Made by a program: the position numbers and the translations under genes | The notes under the pieces: model-generated | Told to the model about the DNA's origin: nothing | The model's database searches: none | Seen by the model: only the letters and a program-made list of their open reading frames with translations | In this document: positions 16,733 through 20,000 of the stretch, in pieces | Layout of the letters: every line of letters starts with the position of its first letter | Position numbering within the stretch: the first letter of the stretch is position 1 | Assembly: GCA_030591685.1 (NCBI GenBank) | Contig: JAUVAX010000001.1 | Span: forward strand, 143,140-163,139 | DNA length: 20,000 nucleotides | Reading direction: 5' to 3' | From: Pseudobdellovibrionaceae bacterium | GTDB lineage: Bacteria > Bdellovibrionota > Bdellovibrionia > Bdellovibrionales > UBA1609

Positions 16733-18391
16733 TTAGTGTGAGCTCTGAGGCCGCGAACCACCGCTTGAGCGTTTAGGCGAAGACCCGCCTGGCCGACGAC
16801 CACCACTAGCATTTCTTCCGCCGCCGCTGCCACTACTTCTACGTTCGCCGCCACTGCTTCGGCCGCCTCCGCTACTAGTACTTCTACGTTCGCCGCCACT
16901 ACTTCTGCCGCCTCCGGCTCCTCTACGAGGACGTCCTCCGGCAGAGGCCCCTCGACCTCTTCCGCCACGTCCACCTGAGCGACCAGAACCACTAAATTGA
17001 GGCCTTGAGGCTAAAGATTTAATCTCTTCTATACTTAGACCAATCTTATTTGGGCCCTTTACTGACTCACTTTTTTGTAAACACGTAAACATACGGCAAA
17101 AGAACTCTTCAATGTTGGACTCTGAACTGAGCTGACTAAAAAATTCTTTGGCCTCAGGAGCAATTTCTATATTATTAACCTTCTCAATCAGTTTATCTTG
17201 ATACTTATCTTTAAGTTCAGTTCTTGAGGGTATGACTTCTACTTTAAATTTATCCATAGGTTGTTGTTTGTAGAAGTAATGCTGCCGAATATCTTCGGGG
17301 GTAGCAATAGAAATGGCTTTACCTTTTTTACCCGCACGGCCCGTACGTCCAATGCGATGAGTGTACCGCTCTTTATTATCTGGAGCATGGTAGTTAAATA
17401 CATGGGAGAGTTCGGATATATCAATACCTCTCGAGGCGACATCAGTGGCCACAAGTATCTTTGTGGTCCCCTGCTTGATTTCTCGCATGGCCTGATCGCG
17501 GGCTGACTGGTTCATGTCACCATGAATAGCTCGGGCTCGTATACCGCGCTTAGTGATGGCGATACAGACGTCATCTGTATCCCGTCGAGTTCTACAAAAC
17601 ACAAGTGCTTTTTCAGGGTCCTCAGAGCTAATCAGTCGAACAAGGGCGTCTAAACGCTCTTTACGGTTCACGATGTATAAAATCTGCTCAATATCTTTGT
17701 GCCGCTCACCACTGTTTTTTGCCATAATAGTTTTAGGGTTGTTCATTTCTTCTTCAGCGAGCTTTCTAATGGCTTTCGGCATTGTGGCCGAAAACATGAC
17801 TGTCTGTCGGTCATCAGGCGTATACGAGAAGATTTTTTTTATGTCTTCAATAAAGCCCATATCAAGCATTTCATCAGCTTCATCTAAAATGACCAAAGAA
17901 GGGCTAAAACGCTTAAACTTTTTTGAGCGCAAATGGTCTAATAATCGACCAGGTGTTGCCACAACAACCTGGGCCCCCCTATTTACTAACTCGATTTGAC
18001 GATAAGCGGGTTGGCCACCAACGACGGTCACAACTTTTGTGTCTTTAAATTTACCTAAGCGGGTGAACTCATCAACAACCTGCTGAGTGAGTTCTCGAGT
18101 GGGCGTTAAAACCAATACTTCAACGGTTTTATCAAATTTTAAATTCTGAATGGCTGGCAACGCGAAGGCCGCCGTTTTACCGCTGCCTGTTTGTGCCTGC
18201 CCCAATAAGTCTTCACCTCTTAAAAGTGCGGGTATAGCTTGGGCTTGGATATCTGTAGGGGTCTCGTAGCCAGAGCTTGTCACCGCCTTAAGCACCTCTG
18301 TGCCAAGGCCAAGATCAGAAAATTTAATTACCTTGTCTTTTTTAGTATCATCAACTGTTTTAGTGTTTTCATTATTATCAACATCAGCCAT
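16733..18391 (-). CDS. DEAD-box ATP-dependent RNA helicase (DeaD/CshA-like) with an Arg/Gly/Ser-rich C-terminal tail
   Basis: Q motif (GYETPTDIQ), AQTGSGKT, PTREL, TPGR, DEAD, SAT, SRGID, HRIGRTGRAG. Confidence 0.95.
   Translation of the reverse strand: MADVDNNENTKTVDDTKKDKVIKFSDLGLGTEVLKAVTSSGYETPTDIQAQAIPALLRGEDLLGQAQTGSGKTAAFALPAIQNLKFDKTVEVLVLTPTRELTQQVVDEFTRLGKFKDTKVVTVVGGQPAYRQIELVNRGAQVVVATPGRLLDHLRSKKFKRFSPSLVILDEADEMLDMGFIEDIKKIFSYTPDDRQTVMFSATMPKAIRKLAEEEMNNPKTIMAKNSGERHKDIEQILYIVNRKERLDALVRLISSEDPEKALVFCRTRRDTDDVCIAITKRGIRARAIHGDMNQSARDQAMREIKQGTTKILVATDVASRGIDISELSHVFNYHAPDNKERYTHRIGRTGRAGKKGKAISIATPEDIRQHYFYKQQPMDKFKVEVIPSRTELKDKYQDKLIEKVNNIEIAPEAKEFFSQLSSESNIEEFFCRMFTCLQKSESVKGPNKIGLSIEEIKSLASRPQFSGSGRSGGRGGRGRGASAGGRPRRGAGGGRSSGGERRSTSSGGGRSSGGERRSSGSGGGRNASGGRRPGGSSPKRSSGGSRPQSSH
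16827..16916 (-). repeat. 45-bp tandem duplication in the helicase tail (GGGRSSGGERRS.. x2)
   Basis: TACTTCTACGTTCGCCGCCACT at 16834-16855 and 16879-16900; GCCGCCTCCG at 16862-16871 and 16907-16916. Confidence 0.85.
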
Positions 18392-18562
18392 CTTTAAGAG
18401 CTCCTGCGCGGGGTCGGCTCCACCAAGTCCGAACAGGGTAAAGCAATTAATTGAACTTTGTTTATATGTTATTTTTACTCTTTAATCTAGATTAAGTTAT
18501 CAAACAATATAAAACCAACAAGTTATTACATGGTTTTAGAAGAGTTTTCAAAGGGTAAACTT

Positions 18563-19333
18563 TCAATGGCACTTTTCTGTTATTAGCTCAAAAGCCCTTA
18601 TAACGGGAGGAGTATGGTAATTGTACCACCTCCATTGAAATTGTGGGCACTGGGTCCAAGGTCGAAAATAGGACTGCGAACCCACTACACCCTCTAAGGC
18701 CTCTTTCTCGAGCCCTTCACTTACCGTTTTAATAAAAGGTGTCAGGCTTTTAGACCTTAACAAATGAGTCTGATGAAGCTCTAATGCTACTTCTAAGGGG
18801 GTCACAAAGCCCACCTGATTTTTTAAAAGACCCAACACCTCTGGCTCGTAATAAGAGATCCGAATAAACTGTTTAAACTCAATCCCTTGAGGTGAGAACT
18901 CTTTAACTATTTTTTCATAAACTAAAATATCTTTCTCAGCATTGTCACCCAGTAAAATAACAACACTTGGCATTGATGTATTTAAAATAGAACGAATGGC
19001 TTTGATTTTATGATTATTTTTGTTTTTTAGGGTTCGAAAATAAATAGGGCCACTCGGGTACCCCCAGTTTCTAATAAACTGTGTGTGACTTTTTTTCATT
19101 AAAAAACTAAAAGCGTTGGTTACGTAATGAAACTCGGCCTGGGGGTGGTTTGCTTTTAATAACTGATACAAACCCTGCATTTGAGTGTAGTTATTCAGTT
19201 TAAATGCGTTTTTAATACTGCCAATGGTGCTGCGAATGTGTGAGACCTTCACCGTATCATCGATGTCAGATATAATAATGAGCTTTGAGTGCCCAAGCTC
19301 TGCAAACAATAATATACCGATAATTAAGAACAT
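18563..19333 (-). CDS. App1-like (DUF2183) HAD-type phosphatidate phosphatase, probably exported
   Basis: Hydrophobic N-terminus followed by IISDIDDTVK (DxDxT), FHYVTN and LLGDNAEKD motifs. Confidence 0.75.
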   Translation of the reverse strand: MFLIIGILLFAELGHSKLIIISDIDDTVKVSHIRSTIGSIKNAFKLNNYTQMQGLYQLLKANHPQAEFHYVTNAFSFLMKKSHTQFIRNWGYPSGPIYFRTLKNKNNHKIKAIRSILNTSMPSVVILLGDNAEKDILVYEKIVKEFSPQGIEFKQFIRISYYEPEVLGLLKNQVGFVTPLEVALELHQTHLLRSKSLTPFIKTVSEGLEKEALEGVVGSQSYFRPWTQCPQFQWRWYNYHTPPVIRAFELITEKCH

Positions 19334-19498
19334 GCTGTTTTTTAAAAAAATTATTGGCTCCCCCTTTGATCGATTTACCCTCGAAAACTAAAACTACCTT
19401 AGCAGCTGAGGGCACAATATCAAACCCTTTGAAAAAATTGCTTTTTTGGATCTAAAACACTGCTGCCACAAGTAAAATAACCCTATTAATTCATGCGC

Positions 19499-20000
19499 TT
19501 ACAGGGAATACCTATTAAGCTCGTGCACTTGGTCTACAGGCACAAACTTACCCCTGTCGTCTTGATTTATTTTCGAAGCACAGTACTCACTATCATGGGT
19601 GTAAAAAAAGTAGGTTGTAAGTAGGTTTTGGTCTTTATAAAGCCTGGCCTTTTCATCAATAACAAGCTCTGCATACCGGTCATACCCCATTGTTATGGGC
19701 AAATGCACCCAATGAGTCCCGGGGACCAAATCTCCAGTAAAAATGATCGTACTTTCGGCCCCTTTAACTTGAGTCAGCATTTGACCGGGGGTGTGCCCAT
19801 GACTGTAAATAAAGCTCACCTCACGGGGCAAGGCTGCGTGCACAGGCTCATTAGGAGCGACAGTTAATAGTCGGCCAGAACTTTTAAGTTTCTCTAAAAG
19901 CCCTGGTATAAAAGAGGCTCGATCTCTTAGGTGGGGGTGCTGGGCCCTCTCATAGGCCTCGTGACCCACTACAAATTGTGCGTTTTTAAAAACTAAGCCC
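19499..20000 (-). CDS. MBL-fold metallo-hydrolase (YtnP-like), 5' end outside the window
   Basis: Frame is open to the window edge (GLVFKNAQFVVGHEAYERA...); HGHTPGQ, GDLVP, MGYD and YTHD motifs. Confidence 0.8.
   Translation of the reverse strand, partial: GLVFKNAQFVVGHEAYERAQHPHLRDRASFIPGLLEKLKSSGRLLTVAPNEPVHAALPREVSFIYSHGHTPGQMLTQVKGAESTIIFTGDLVPGTHWVHLPITMGYDRYAELVIDEKARLYKDQNLLTTYFFYTHDSEYCASKINQDDRGKFVPVDQVHELNRYSL

Noticed and set aside
16681..16992. 103-aa Ala/Val/Glu-rich ORF
   Set aside because: Alternative-frame shadow of the helicase's low-complexity tail.
1808..19867. Many short antisense or overlapping ORFs of 60-150 aa in the ORF track
   Set aside because: They overlap well-supported genes, almost all on the opposite strand or in another frame, and show no recognisable motifs.
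868..19947. Frequent GGGCCC hexamers (about ten seen) and a C9 tract at 14540-14548
   Set aside because: The sequence generally favours G/C homopolymer runs and most copies lie inside coding regions; no positional pattern.

Overview
AT-rich bacterial genomic window. Gene content (receiver-CheX fusion, Cys-rich secreted lytic transglycosylase, small secreted and lipoproteins, secreted App1-like phosphatase) suggests Bdellovibrionota or a similar lineage; this is inference only. The left half (54-9241, minus strand) is a tightly packed 8-gene operon: MmsA-type CoA-acylating semialdehyde dehydrogenase, URC1-type GTP cyclohydrolase II-like protein, URC4/Urg3 (DUF1688) protein, uracil phosphoribosyltransferase, uridine kinase, aldehyde dehydrogenase, glutamine-synthetase-like gamma-glutamyl ligase and iron-containing alcohol dehydrogenase. 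It looks like a bacterial form of the yeast URC (UMP-dependent) uracil catabolism pathway, extended by a gamma-glutamylation/oxidation module of unknown role, and is the most interesting system here. The right half holds a pseudo-receiver-CheX gene behind a sigma-28-like promoter, a lipoprotein, an SH3-like/SLT lytic transglycosylase with a coupled small secreted partner, a YfiM-like protein, parvulin ppiC with a 4-copy tandem repeat in its leader, acs, a DEAD-box helicase with an RG/S-rich tail and structured leader, an App1-like phosphatase and a partial MBL-fold hydrolase. I saw no rRNA, tRNA, CRISPR array or mobile element.
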